This document shows, in pieces, positions 49,513 through 61,180 of a stretch of 64,000 nt of DNA. How positions within the stretch are numbered: position 1 is the stretch's first letter; each line of letters opens with the position of its first letter. The position numbers and the translations under genes were made by a program. The stretch comes from Phoronis australis (lineage: Eukaryota; Animalia; Phoronida), in NCBI GenBank assembly GCA_002633005.1, contig NMRA01000082.1:348576-412575 (forward strand), written 5' to 3'. The notes beneath the pieces were generated by a model, which worked only from the letters and a program-made list of their open reading frames with translations, was not told where the DNA came from and ran no database searches.

Positions 49513-50146
49513 GAGTGCTTCGTGTTTTGGCTTGAAATCTCCATTTTCGTCAAAGAAACGCTCAGGTCGGAAACTTTCCGGGTCTCCCCAAACAATGGGA
49601 TCGGTGTGTATATTATAATAGTTGATGACGTAATGCGTGTTCTTCGGGAACTCGTATCCCATCACTGTCGTTGGCTCAATCGTCTCCAAAGGTGGTGAAA
49701 AGGGAACAACTGACGCGATTCTGCAGGCCTCCATAAGCGTGGCTTCAAAGTAATTCAGGTTGTACTTGTCGACAATCTTTGGGAGCCGTTCTCGTCCAAT
49801 GAATTCGTCGACTTCAGTCTGAAGTTTCTTCTGTATCTCAGGGTGGCGACCTATGAAAAACAGCCACCAGCGAAAAGAGGCACCCGTGGTGTCAGTAGCA
49901 TCACCCCACAGTGAAGATAGGTGGAGAAGAATCTCTTCGTCGTCAAAATTCCTTTGTATGCAAAGGTCAATGAAGTCTCATGGGTTGTTTTTGTCATATT
50001 CTTTACGGTGATCGTAAATGACTCCAATGAAGTACTTCCGTAACCTGGCGAATCCCGTTTTACCTTTGTTGACCACAGCTTTTTTCTGTAGAAATCTAAA
50101 GAAGGGAGCAATATCGGACTGGCACACAATGCCGATGGCGGTGAAC
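49497..50146 (-). CDS. P450 coding exon 4 (contains the premature TGA)
   Basis: FTAIGIVCQSDIAPFFRF...DKNNP*DFIDLC...LWGDATDTT...HPEIQKKLQTEVD...EACRIASVVP...PESFRPERF...MQFGV. Confidence 0.9.
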
Positions 50147-50673
50147 CTGAAGTCCAAAGAACAGAGCAATAAATTGATGATGACACTGAAAACATTCTGC
50201 TCACAGAGTTCATCGCCGGAAAGTAACTTCCAACCTAACTGGTATCCCTACCAAATAGGAATGTGACTAGACACTGACTATACTATGCCAAAAACCGTCT
50301 GAAAGACGCTGTTAAAAGTTGCTTTCTGGACACAGGGGAAAAAGCTGAGAATTTTTTTCAACACAGGATTATATAGAAAATTGTCATGTGAATGACTTGT
50401 TCAATGGAAACCAACCTATTCCGCACCTTTGTTCACCATACATTTGTTGTTCCTACGATCGTACCCACGCCTTATAGGTCTATAGTGCAAAGCGAAGTAA
50501 ATTAAAACAACAATGCTATTTTATTGCAAATTTACTAGGGAACTTCATGAAGGCGATTTGTACTTCAAAGCAGAACCACGGGCAACGTCATTTAATTCCT
50601 GCCTTAGTGAAAAATAAATATATTCTCACTTAATTAATACTGTGTATACAAAGCCAAATTGTGACTACAGATA

Positions 50674-50784
50674 GGAAACTAGCCTTGGTATTATGTATCT
50701 TCTGATTGGTGGAAACTAGCCTTGGTATTACGTATCTTCTGATTGGTGGAAACTAGCCTTGGTATTACGTATCTTCTGATTGGT
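50674..50784. repeat. 37-bp tandem repeat, 3 copies
   Basis: GGAAACTAGCCTTGGTATTAYGTATCTTCTGATTGGT at 50674, 50711 and 50748. Confidence 0.95.
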
Positions 50785-50837
50785 GGTGAACGATATATTA
50801 CGCATTCTTTTACTAAGGATTCATTAAGGATACTAAA

Positions 50838-50998
50838 CAGGGGCGGATCCAGGATTTTGAGTTAGGGAAGGGGGGCAGGGCACAGTATTAGCAAGGATTT
50901 TGCCCGTCAGATATTCGCACCCCAGAACTGCCAAATGGAACCAGGGAAAATGTTTTAGGGGGACATGGCTCCCTTGGCCCCCTCTAAATCTGCCAATG
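50838..50998. mobile_element. 161-bp MITE (hAT5-type) in a P450 intron
   Basis: CAGGGGCGGATCC...AATCTGCCAATG with a perfect 5-bp TSD CTAAA; second copy at 56964-57120. Confidence 0.88.
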
Positions 50999-51615
50999 CT
51001 AAACAAAAATAGTTTCAAATTAGTGTTTCACATGGGATAACAAATACGAACTCATTTTCATATAAGAAGGGAGTTAGTGAACGTTGTATATGTGGTAAAA
51101 AGTTGCAGGCGACATCAGTTACCTGCATTGGAATTGTGTTCTAACCAGGTCCTTTTGAATTGCAGCTTATCAATGCATGTTATACAAAACGAGAATCTCA
51201 TTAGAACTATCAAATTTGTTTATAGGACAAGACCAGACAGAGTTAACTGTATATGTCCATCGTATACGGCTAAAACATACAACTCCAAGTTAACGGTATT
51301 TAAAAAATGACGCCTTCGAATACTTTAAAATTAAGAAATATTTATTTTAGAAAAATAAAATTCAAAATAACCTTTATTTTGAATTTATTTGGATTGCAAA
51401 TGGACATCACCTGCGCATTCGTGTATGTGTGAGGATATAAATTTGTTGTCAACATATGTAACGCTTGTAATAGATAGATTTTGCTTAATAAAAATTTTGA
51501 AAAAAACCTCGTTGGCTTGTCCAGAGTGACAAATTATGAGACCTGTGTGTACAGGTCATAGAGGCACTGCAAATATTCGCTGACTAAAAGGAACTGCAAA
51601 AAATCAATGACTTAC

Positions 51616-51904
51616 CAATCATTTGTGGCATCTATCACATCTTTTATCTCGTCATCCTCAATGTCGTAGGTTCTGTCAAAAAACAATTTGGTGACGATGT
51701 TGAGTGACGCGTGACCAAGGAACAGTCTCAAGTTGATGGGAGAACACAAGTGTTTCCTGAGGGTCTCCACGAACACTGTGATCTGATCCTCGATCTTCTC
51801 GTGGAACATTGTCTGAGACATGAGCCCGTGGCCTCGTAGCGCCGCCATTGCGAATTTCTTACGGTTTTTCCATTTGGTTGTGTAAGTATCCTTAAAAACA
51901 TTTT
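51616..51904 (-). CDS. P450 coding exon 3
   Basis: (E)NVFKDTYTTKWKNRKKFAMAALRGHG...ASLNIVTKLFFDRTYD...ATND(W); TTTCAG acceptor, GTAAGT donor. Confidence 0.9.
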
Positions 51905-52582
51905 CTGAAAGAAATTGTGAGTATAACGAGAGCAACGCAGAGACAACGGATGGTCTTTATTTTAAAAATTCCTACTAAAAGGAAAAAGGTTAGTAAACTT
52001 TTAAGTCTTGAGTCACTTTTGTCTTAAAGACAGAAATTTGGTCTTGCGTTCCACGTAACTATTTCTGAAAAAATCTCATTGGAGCAAAAGTATAAAGCCA
52101 CTGAGAACACAAACATAACTGCTACTTACTGGATAATTTCTATTGAATATCTCTGGAATCTGATGCGCTCCTTATTCCTTGACTAACCCATGACTAATTT
52201 AGCAATTGTGACGTGAGAGAGCAATACCAAATTTCTGTCTTGTCTTAAGTCACTTTCATTACACGTACCCAGGGTCTTTTATAGCAATTGACATATCGCA
52301 AGCTCCGCCCCTTGCGAAAAGTCGACAAACAAACAATAAGTTTTACCTGACGGCGTGTTTTTTGTCGGGTAGAATTCTGCGTTCTGATTGGTCAGTTAAG
52401 CTGTCACTCAAAATCCTGGCGATAGGTCAGTTTGGTGTGAAATGTGTTTGTGTTCATTTACCCTATGCGGGCACGTTTCAATACTAACTTCAACCAAAGA
52501 TGATACAGTTACACCAGGAAACCTTTGGTTCAACACCTATTGAAGGACATCATGGGGGATCGGTTATTCAATTAACGCATAC

Positions 52583-52698
52583 CTGTATTACAACCCATCA
52601 TTGCAAAACCGTAAGAGTACGGTCTCCCGGCGAATGCTGTAGGATTCTTCACAACATATTCATTCACAACTGCAGAGTCATTTAAAACGATCACAGGT
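52583..52698 (-). CDS. P450 coding exon 2
   Basis: TTTGCAG|(T)PVIVLNDSAVVNEYVVKNPTAFAGRPYSYGFAMMGCNT; donor G|GTATGC. Confidence 0.9.
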
Positions 52699-53266
52699 CT
52701 GCAAAGTCACAGGAGTAAAACGATGATGACGAACGGCAAGCATAGAGAGTACTTTCAATAGTTACTACCGAGCGGAAGTTTTGTGCAATAACAAAAATGC
52801 CGATATGAAACCATACATGAATGCGTGTAATCAGTTGAATCAACGCAATGCCAAAAATCGTGTAATATAAATTTCCTTTCTGGGTCACAATTTGATAGCC
52901 TGTTGGTACAAGGAGTCTAACAAAGTAGCAAGCAGGAGTGGAACTAGGGGGGAGGGGGNTTGAGGAGGCAGGCGAGTTTGAACTGAGAGATGTTTTCTTA
53001 ATGGTATAAAGAAACAAAAATACAAAGACATGGCAGTCAAAAATACAACCCGTTCTCACTCTTAGCACAATTTTGGTTGGTCTTTAATTGTTTGAAATTG
53101 AAACTATAAGACAAGCTTTTACGCGTGCTCACAAAATTTTGAATTTTCTCAACAAACACATAATTCCATTTTTGATCGGCAAAATAAACTTTAAACACGA
53201 AGTAAGCGATCTTTATGTTGCGACTTTTCCTTCCCCGATTACTGTTAGGGAATGCAAGTTTACTCG

Positions 53267-53528
53267 CTCGCTGGTTCCCTGCGTGCTTAGCCCAGCCAGC
53301 ACGCAGGTATCACGCAGTGGCACGCGCTTTAGCATTGGTCGATGTAACCTCGGCAGTCATTGGTTAGCTTTACAACACCGTGAAAAACTGGCGGACTCTC
53401 GCTGGTTCCCTGCGTGCTCAGCCCAGCCAGCACGCAGGTATCACGCAGTGGCATGCACTTTAGCATTGGTCGATGTAACCTCGGCAGTCATTGGTTAGCT
53501 TTACAACACCGTGAAAAAATGGCGGACT
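53267..53528. repeat. 131-bp tandem duplication of a hairpin-containing unit
   Basis: CTCGCTGGTTCCCTGCGTGCT... at 53267 and 53398, near identical. Confidence 0.9.
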
Positions 53529-54286
53529 GTAAACGATTTTTAGACTTGTCATGCAAGTGGCGTCGTAGCAACTATTTTGTTGCACTAGTGATGTTGAATA
53601 GCTGCGTGCTTCAGTGAAGCACATACATGTACAATAAACACATATCTGGCCAATTTAAACCGGTGTGTTATTCATACTGTATGAATACAGGACACTATCG
53701 TAAACAAAAGTCATCGACAGTAGAAAGATGCATTCCGTAAAGGCGCAATCACAATTTCTAGGCTTCACATTTCCTGAACATAAATTTTAAGCACCGATTT
53801 ATCTGAACAACAAACCACATTTACACTTCAGTCCATCAGTCATGCCAGTTTATTTGCGTAAAGCGCTGCCTGTTGAGAATTCGACTAGCCAATCAGAAAC
53901 GCCGGTGTAAAAAAATTTACCGAGGAAAATTAAGTCATACCTGCGTGCTGGCGCGGCTACCGCCCCACCTAGCGGCACGCAGGGAACCAGCGAGCTGGCG
54001 GACTGTGAACGATTTTTAGCCATGTCATGCAAGTGGCGTCGCAGCAACTATTTCGTTTCTGCATGTACAATAAACACAGTGGCCGATTTAACCGGTGTGT
54101 TATTCATACTGAATGAATACGGGACACTACCGTAAACAAAATTCATCGACTGTAGAAAGATGCATTCCGAACTGAAAAGGCGCAATCACAATTTCTAGGC
54201 TTCGCATTTCCTGAACATAAATTTTAAGCACCGATTTGTTTGTACAACAGACCACATTTACACTTCAGTCCATCACTGAGTCATGC
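53519..54286. repeat. About 300-bp direct duplication (53519-53846 and 53996-54286)
   Basis: Both run from TGGCGGACTGT..ACGATTTTTAG to TTACACTTCAGTCCATCA with small indels. Confidence 0.9.
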
Positions 54287-54312
54287 TCAACGTTACTTAA
54301 TGTCACACTTAC

Positions 54313-54551
54313 GTTTGTCCTATATACAACGAAAATATCGGTCCATATTTCTTCCCCAATAATTTGAAGTCGAAGTGCCAGTCGTCACTTAAAAATGGAA
54401 GATAACCCATAATTGGTAGTCCGATTGGTCCCGGGGGTAGTCGTCGGCTGGCTAGTATTTTGCTGACGATGTAAATGAGTAGCGCACCAATCAGAGCCGC
54501 CGCAGCGAGTTGCATAGGATCATGCGATCCCGTCGCAGATAGAAATGTCAT
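54313..54551 (-). CDS. P450 coding exon 1
   Basis: MTFLSATG...ALLIYIVSKILASRRLPPGPIGLPIMGYLPFL...KYGPIFSLYIGQ; donor AC|GTAAGT. An acceptor TTTCAG just upstream of the ATG implies a non-coding first exon. Confidence 0.9.
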
Positions 54552-56429
54552 TGTCACCTGAAAGTTAATCACCAAATGTCACGATGAAGGGAATGCTGGT
54601 GAGCTACACTAATATGGACATACGTATGTATCTAGGTGCACAGGTGCGTGCATTTTTGTTACCATAGCGGGTAACCATTCATCTTAATGTGATGTCTATG
54701 AGGGTAACATTTTAGCAACAACAATAGGTATATGAGAGCGAGGTTAAACCTTGTCAACGAAGTGAAAAACAGTGAGAAGGAAGTATTTCAACTCGCAAGA
54801 AGTTTAATTTTAACAGAATTTGGTCATGTTGACTGAAGAGAGTCTCCCTGGAGTATGGCTTTGCATGCACGGCCTTATATATCGTAAATGAGCCAAATAA
54901 CACAAATACCACGAATTAGCTGCAACTGGAAACACAGTAAATAAATGTGAACTACGGCCCGTGTGCTAAACGACGTTGGGAAATTTCCCCAAATACATGC
55001 ATGTCCTTGTAAATGTAGTGGGGTTCACTCCTGAGGAGCAAGAGTGCAAACATGGGTATTGAAAGAAGTACGAAGAAAATTATTGTATCACCACACGTAG
55101 ATCGCTAATCTTCCTCCACCTATGATGAATGCGCGCATGCCCTAACAGTCAAATTGACAAACAGCTGACTCAGTCCCAAGATATACAAGTAGGATAGTAC
55201 TGGTACAGTGCTGTGCAGTGAATACCTTGCTGGCTAAAAATTGATGTTTCTGAGGACACAGCATGCGATGACATGGACGATGACTGTAAGCGCACATAAA
55301 CATTGGGTATACATTTGAATTATGAGTTATCCATTTTTTAAAAAATACATAATTATTGTTCATTACTGACACTTTTAATGTATATAGTGGAAATATATCT
55401 TTTACCGAGTGTTGGTCTTAACAGCTCTGTGTACTGTTCTCCAGTGCACATAACACGAGCCCCGCTACTTAGTAGTTCAACTGCGTTACAAGAGCTAGGT
55501 GTTGTGTCCTTTTCGACATTCTACTGGGCAAGATCATCACACTTTCTCTTGTTGCAGTCCAGAAAGTATCCCTGATGATGTGGATATTAGCGATGTCGGA
55601 CTTGGAGATGAAGAGTTTGGTGGGAAGGAAGTTGCAGGAGATAGCATCAATAGGTACCGCGATGGAGACTATGACGTCACGTTGTCCACAGGTTCATGAT
55701 GCAGCTGATACACAATCAGCCCTGGAGAATAGCAAATTCATTGTTTTTATGACACCCTCCTTTCCCTTTCAAATCTCATTAACGTGTCTTGCAATGAATG
55801 TCAGCGATGTTTGGATTTCTTCTTCTGTTGAAGGCTCAACACTATCTTTCTACCACCTTCTCCGAAAGTTGTTGCACTTGCTCATTTGGTCATTGCATTC
55901 ATTCTTCTCTGAAAATTAGGATATTTTTCACCAATTACGGAAAAGAGATAGTTATCCCATCTTGTATCCTAATAATTCACTTAGCTACAAGCTCAGCTCG
56001 CTAGAACAAACTGGAATTTTGTTCAATAGTTGATGTCACATCTTATTTTGTATCATTAGACAAATGATAACCACATGAAAATCTGTGTAAAATGTAATGG
56101 CTCCCAATTTATTCAAGATGTAAGTGACATAGATTGTTAAGTATACGATGTTCTACATTTTACAAATCATAAATGCTTCTATAAACTAGAGTGTTTCAGC
56201 CAGTGCTTCAAAGCCTTGACTCGTGAATCACTTTCAGCACCTGCTACAATTCTTGGTTCAATAACATGTTACTTTTGACAGCTCTTTGTTCCCTAACCAC
56301 TCCTGAACTTTTAGAAAAGTTTTGTGCGATTGAAACTGTGCAACTGCTGATGTTGAAGCCAATTAATAATGCTGTAAACTATGGCAGTACTTCAACGTTC
56401 TGTTATTTTCTTGTCTAGAATGATAATTA

Positions 56430-57545
56430 CGAGGGTCGTTCAATAAGTTCTCGGCCTCACCAAGAAAACAGGGAAGCAGGTTAAACTTTTTTACATCATA
56501 GTAAAATTTCATCTTTTATAACAGTACTGCGTTGATGCTGAATTAGTACGGTCAACTGCCGCTAGATGGCGCTGCTTCAAAAAAGCAGACGACTACACAT
56601 TTAGCGTGGAGATAACGGAGACGAGAGCCGTCATAAAGTACTTGGGTAAAAAGGAATGAAGCCAAAAGATATTCATGAAGAGATGCGAAAAACACTCGGA
56701 ACAGACTCCCCGAGCTACTCCACAATAAAAAAAAATGGTCAGCTTGTTTCAAGAGGGGTAGAGAAAGCGTAGACGATGACCCTCGGCCTCGTCCAGGACG
56801 TCCCAAATTATCGACCTGCAGTGAAAATGTGCAGAAAATTCATGCAATATGGTTATGAAAGACAGGCGAATGACTGTTCAATATTTGGCAAACATTGTTG
56901 GCATCAGCAATGGGTCCGTCTATAAAATTTTGAGAGAAGATTTGGGCATGAGTAAGCTGATTGCAGTGGCGGATTTAGAGGGGGACCAAGGGGGCCATGG
57001 CCCCCCTAAAATTCTCCCAGATTCCATTTGGCAGTACAGGGGTGCGAATGTCTGACGGGCAAAATCCTAGCTAGTACTCTGCCCTGCCCCCCCCAACTCA
57101 AAATCCTGGATCCGCCCCTGGAGTGCACGATGTGTTCCAATAATGTTAACTCAGGATAAGAAAATGAGCCGAATGCAACTTTCAAAGGAACTTCTAGGAA
57201 GATTCCAAGCAGATCAAGCCAAATTTTCCTAGATGTGACTTTGAAATCCTTCCGCACCCTGCCTATTCTCCAGACCTGGCCCCGTCTGATTTTTATTTGT
57301 TTCCACATTTGGAGGCCTACCTGCGTGGACGCCAGTATGTGAGCGATAATGACGTCATGAATGCAGTGGAGGAGTATTTTGAGGGGCTCGACAAAAGATT
57401 CTTTTACGTTGGCATTGCAAAACTGGAGCACAGATGGAATAAATGCATTGATGTAACGGGAGATGATATTGACAAATAAAAGTCAAAATTAGTTGCTATC
57501 GCGTTGTTTTCTGGGTGAGGCCAAGAACTTATTGAACGACCCTCG
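56430..57545 (+). mobile_element. Defective mariner (Tc1/mariner) DNA transposon with an internal deletion and a nested MITE
   Basis: TIR CGAGGGTCGTTCAATAAGTTCTYGGCCTCACC at both ends with flanking TA. Frameshifted transposase: RAVIKYL, IHEEM, PSYSTIKKW, DRRMTVQYLA...ISNGSVYKILREDLGMSKL, SARCVP, HPAYSPDLAPSDFYLFP, GIAKLEHRWNKCI. The central catalytic part is missing. Confidence 0.95.
56964..57120. mobile_element. 157-bp MITE (hAT5-type) nested in the mariner transposase
   Basis: Termini CAGTGGCGGAT...ATCCGCCCCTG, flanks GATTG/GAGTG. It interrupts MSKL|SAR and is a reverse-complement homologue of 50838-50998. Confidence 0.88.
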
Positions 57546-60500
57546 TAGATGCACCGTGGACAGTAGAAATTTTTTTTCTATTAATTTTGCTGCAATATCT
57601 GATGTTTTTACTAGGGCCAGTTTGCTGGAAGTTCATGTACAATTTATCATTCCCTTTGTCCAAAGGTGTGTAGATTGATTCTGTCCTTTTCTTTCTCAAA
57701 ACACTTATGTTGCTCAAATGGCATGACCTCATACTTCATGCATTTTGTAACTTTGTATCCTTCCATGAGTCCATTCACCATTGACTTTTCATTGTAGTCA
57801 GATGTAAAAGTGGAGGTCAGCTCAATAAAACAAAAGTTGATTGCAAACCCCTAAATTGCTAAGTGCTTGTACTTACAGTCATTGAAAATGTGTAACATAC
57901 TTTGAAGAAAAGCATAATTATTTGGATCATGATGATGCTCAACGAAATAAATCACGTTGAACGCTGTCGGGACTGAATGTTCATCATGATGTATATTGCA
58001 AACTATAACTGGGTGAACAATTGGGTCAGTTATATATTTACGACCATTCGTTGGAACAGATGTGTCTTTGACTTATCATCATCATCACATCTTTCCAGGT
58101 AATGAAAAAGTAAAATATCACATTACTGGAGTTAACAGCTTTTGAGATATGGGCAGATAAACTGTGTTTTAGGTTTTTAAAAAATATCAACATTTAGCAT
58201 TAGAAAGTTACTCTTCCCATTTTTTAAGTTTTATTTAAAAAATCGCTGAGTCAGTGAAACACCTTGTAATTGGTTAGACTTACTAAATAACAATGTGCTT
58301 ACTATGACACAGATTTAATGTAATTAAAAAGTAGGTGAAGTCATTGCAGTAGGTCAATGTAAACAAGGCCATTTCGGAACCCTAAGATACTCTCGGACTA
58401 CATGTGGGTTTGGGCGCACTGAGTGCACTTGGTCCCAGAATTCCAAAAAACCTGGGTCAGAAATTTTGAGGGATTTTTGGATCTGTAAACAAGAAGACCC
58501 AATGAAGGTTTTCAGAGAAATTCAGCCTACATTTTCTTCCCACCACAAACAGCTGGGGACTTAGTAGCCAGCCAGCTAGCTGTATGAAGACTATCGTCCA
58601 GTAATGGTATACAGCTTTGTACCAAGGCTAGGGATTTAGCTAGTTGAACTCAACCTCGGCCACTTACTAAGCGGTGAATACGCAGTCGTCATGTAGTAAC
58701 AATCAACCCGTGATACATTGTAGTTATAAAGCTTACGTACAGTCACTATGCATTGAAATATTTTTGGTGCTCATGTTGACCATATAGTACGCCTATAGAC
58801 AACACGCCGATCAATGAACCACACGATTTTCACTCACTAAACAATAAGACATTGAATCGAACGTTTTCCGTTAGAAATGCACATAAATGAAATCCTGGGC
58901 AAAAAGTACACTAAGTCAGATTTGAGCAAGCATAAAAATGAAATAAAACGATAACTTACTTCAGAATTAGGACTTCTTTGAGCCAATCGAGGCGCCGATG
59001 TGCTTTCGAAATCAACCATCACTGTTTTGCTTTCGGCGACCTTTCACCTCTCTGAGGTCATCGGGCCATTTCCAAATAAGGCAGCGCAAGGCATTTTGGG
59101 ACTGTAATGTCGGACTCGATGGGCACGAAGGCGTGCCTTTTTGGTCAATTTTCAAACGTAAAGAAAAACACAACAAACTCATCTAAAACTCACTATATTT
59201 ACGAAACCTACAAAAAAAACTTGTGCGCCACGACATGACACAGGTTTCATTTAAGATGAGTAACGTTTACTTTCTTATTACTTGTTTTATACTATTTTTC
59301 ACGTACAAACCCACTTTAAGCAAGACGCACTTACCGACTGACAACAAGCCCTGGTCAGTTTTCAAAGTAACTCAAATGTGCCGTTGAGGGCAAAAATTTG
59401 TATGTATATGCATGTATTATATAATATAGTCGCGACATGTATCGGTTTGTAACACCATGGTTAAAAGAGCTCTGCACCACTGTCCTAGTTTCTATAATGC
59501 AACCTGAGTTGCAAGGCACAACCTACCTGGAGGAACTGTTGGCTGAAAAGATGGCAAGCAACCGGACGACATGAGGACGGCGGATTGAGGTCAGCCCATT
59601 GTGTATAGAGCTTATTGGGTCAGCCACTCCAATCTACTCGACCGATGAAAGTTACAGGAGCATTGGCCGTTCCGACCCAGTGCCTCGTGTATAGTGGGGC
59701 GCGTAGCCAACCACTTTTTGGCATTTGAGCGTAAAGCGCCTACGCACCGCAAGTTATACTTAAGTGGGACGTAGGCGCACGTAAGTGCAGCCAACCATCT
59801 CTACATTAAAACGCAGGGCCCATACACGGACGGTATCAGTAAAGTGGAGGGTAGTCAATGCACTGCTACGCTGATGACAGCATTGTTGCCGAATATTCCG
59901 GCGCGGGTGACCATACGTCAATGACAATTTATTCAAAGTGTTCTTGTGAACTTGGATCAGCGTTGACTTGCATGGCAATGATGAGCTGTCATTTTGTTGT
60001 ATTCTATAGGCTCCTTGGAGCCAAAAAGTGGCCCGTGGGATCTGGGCGATAAGACATGGCAAGCACAAAGACAGCTACAGGCGTCTTTGTGATCGGTTTG
60101 GGCTTTGGCTGGTTGGCACAACGGCAATCAGAGGAATGCGTGAGTTCGTAGAAATGGAGGAGATGGTTGGAGTAGACAACAAAGTGCTCTGAGACAATTA
60201 ACTGGACCTCTGCATTAAGACTGCTCCTTGCAGTACAGCTGAATGTGGAACGAAGATTTAGCGAAACAAAATCGGACAGTAACTACGTAAAAGGTCCCCG
60301 AAGGCACGTACACCCCACGGGCGACTAAAAAACGCCGCCACCAGCACATCTTTTGTGGGTTTTACGCAACATATATTTTCCTTAGTAATTGTGTTTGGTC
60401 CCCCCTTCAAAGACCGCTTGGAATGCACGAGGACCTTTGCCTGTAGGCCTGTGTGTGGTTGGGCCCCCTTTCTGCGACATCTCAGATTTGCCATTGCAGA

Positions 60501-61180
60501 CTCGAAGTAAATACCCACTCGTGAATAAAAAATAAGCCTACACGTAAGTCAGGTTTTGCGAATTCGCTGATTTTGAAAATTCAGTGCTCAAGGTGATACG
60601 GTGGGCTTTGGACGCCTACTTAGCTGTAATTTTACCACTTGAGCACTGTTCCAATCTGACTATGTAGTATCAAGTCGCGCGGCTGATACACTACGTGCCC
60701 GGCCTGTGCAGGATGAACGTAACTCGAACACGGCTCGGAGTTCTGAAAACTTAGTTCACGGACTAAAACAGAGCTCCGCTATTACAAAACGTTCTGTGAC
60801 TGCGGGGCTAAAAAGCAGTGTTTCCTCACGGTACAAAAGACACAGTCCAACGCTTTGCTATGAAGTCAAAAAGTCAGTGTGGAAAGTGTGTTTCACCAGA
60901 CATGGTCGTGCCCGAATGCAATGAATTTCGACATTTAGCTCTAGTCAAAAGTAATAACTTTAAAAGTAACCATATACTACCCAACACTAATTCCAGAATG
61001 AGGTTTTCGGTACTAAAATCGATTGTGTCCCTCAAATTTACTCTCCGAAAGTGGCCGCGTCACGGTGAGCGCTCTATCTTGCGGTGTTCATGGGTTACAT
61101 GAAGGCTGTGATTAAATATGACATTCTGACAGTTGAGCGTATGTTGTACCTAGGTGTAAGATGTACAGCACCTTTTAATG

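Larger units (their letters stand above)
46398..54551 (-). pseudogene. Cytochrome P450, clan 2 (CYP2/CYP1/CYP17-like), 5 coding exons, one in-frame TGA at 49978-49980 (null allele or recent pseudogene): complement(join(46398..46606,49497..50146,51616..51904,52583..52698,54313..54551))
   Basis: The exons total 1503 nt in frame. Motifs: N-terminal anchor, PPGPIGLPIMG, FAGRP, WKNRKKF, P*DFID, I-helix GDATDTT, ExxR (EACR), FRPERF and heme motif FGVGKRSCIG. Confidence 0.9.

Noticed and set aside
49978-49980. In-frame TGA as selenocysteine or programmed read-through
   Set aside because: It aligns to the Arg of PRDFID, not a Cys, and I recognised no SECIS. CpG deamination is the simpler explanation.
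50147-50250. Alternative upstream acceptor for P450 exon 4 at 50248
   Set aside because: It gives WDTS* immediately; the 50147 acceptor keeps the frame.
54875-54881. TATATAA on minus as the P450 TATA box
   Set aside because: Plausible position, but the non-coding first exon could not be defined, so the call is unsupported.
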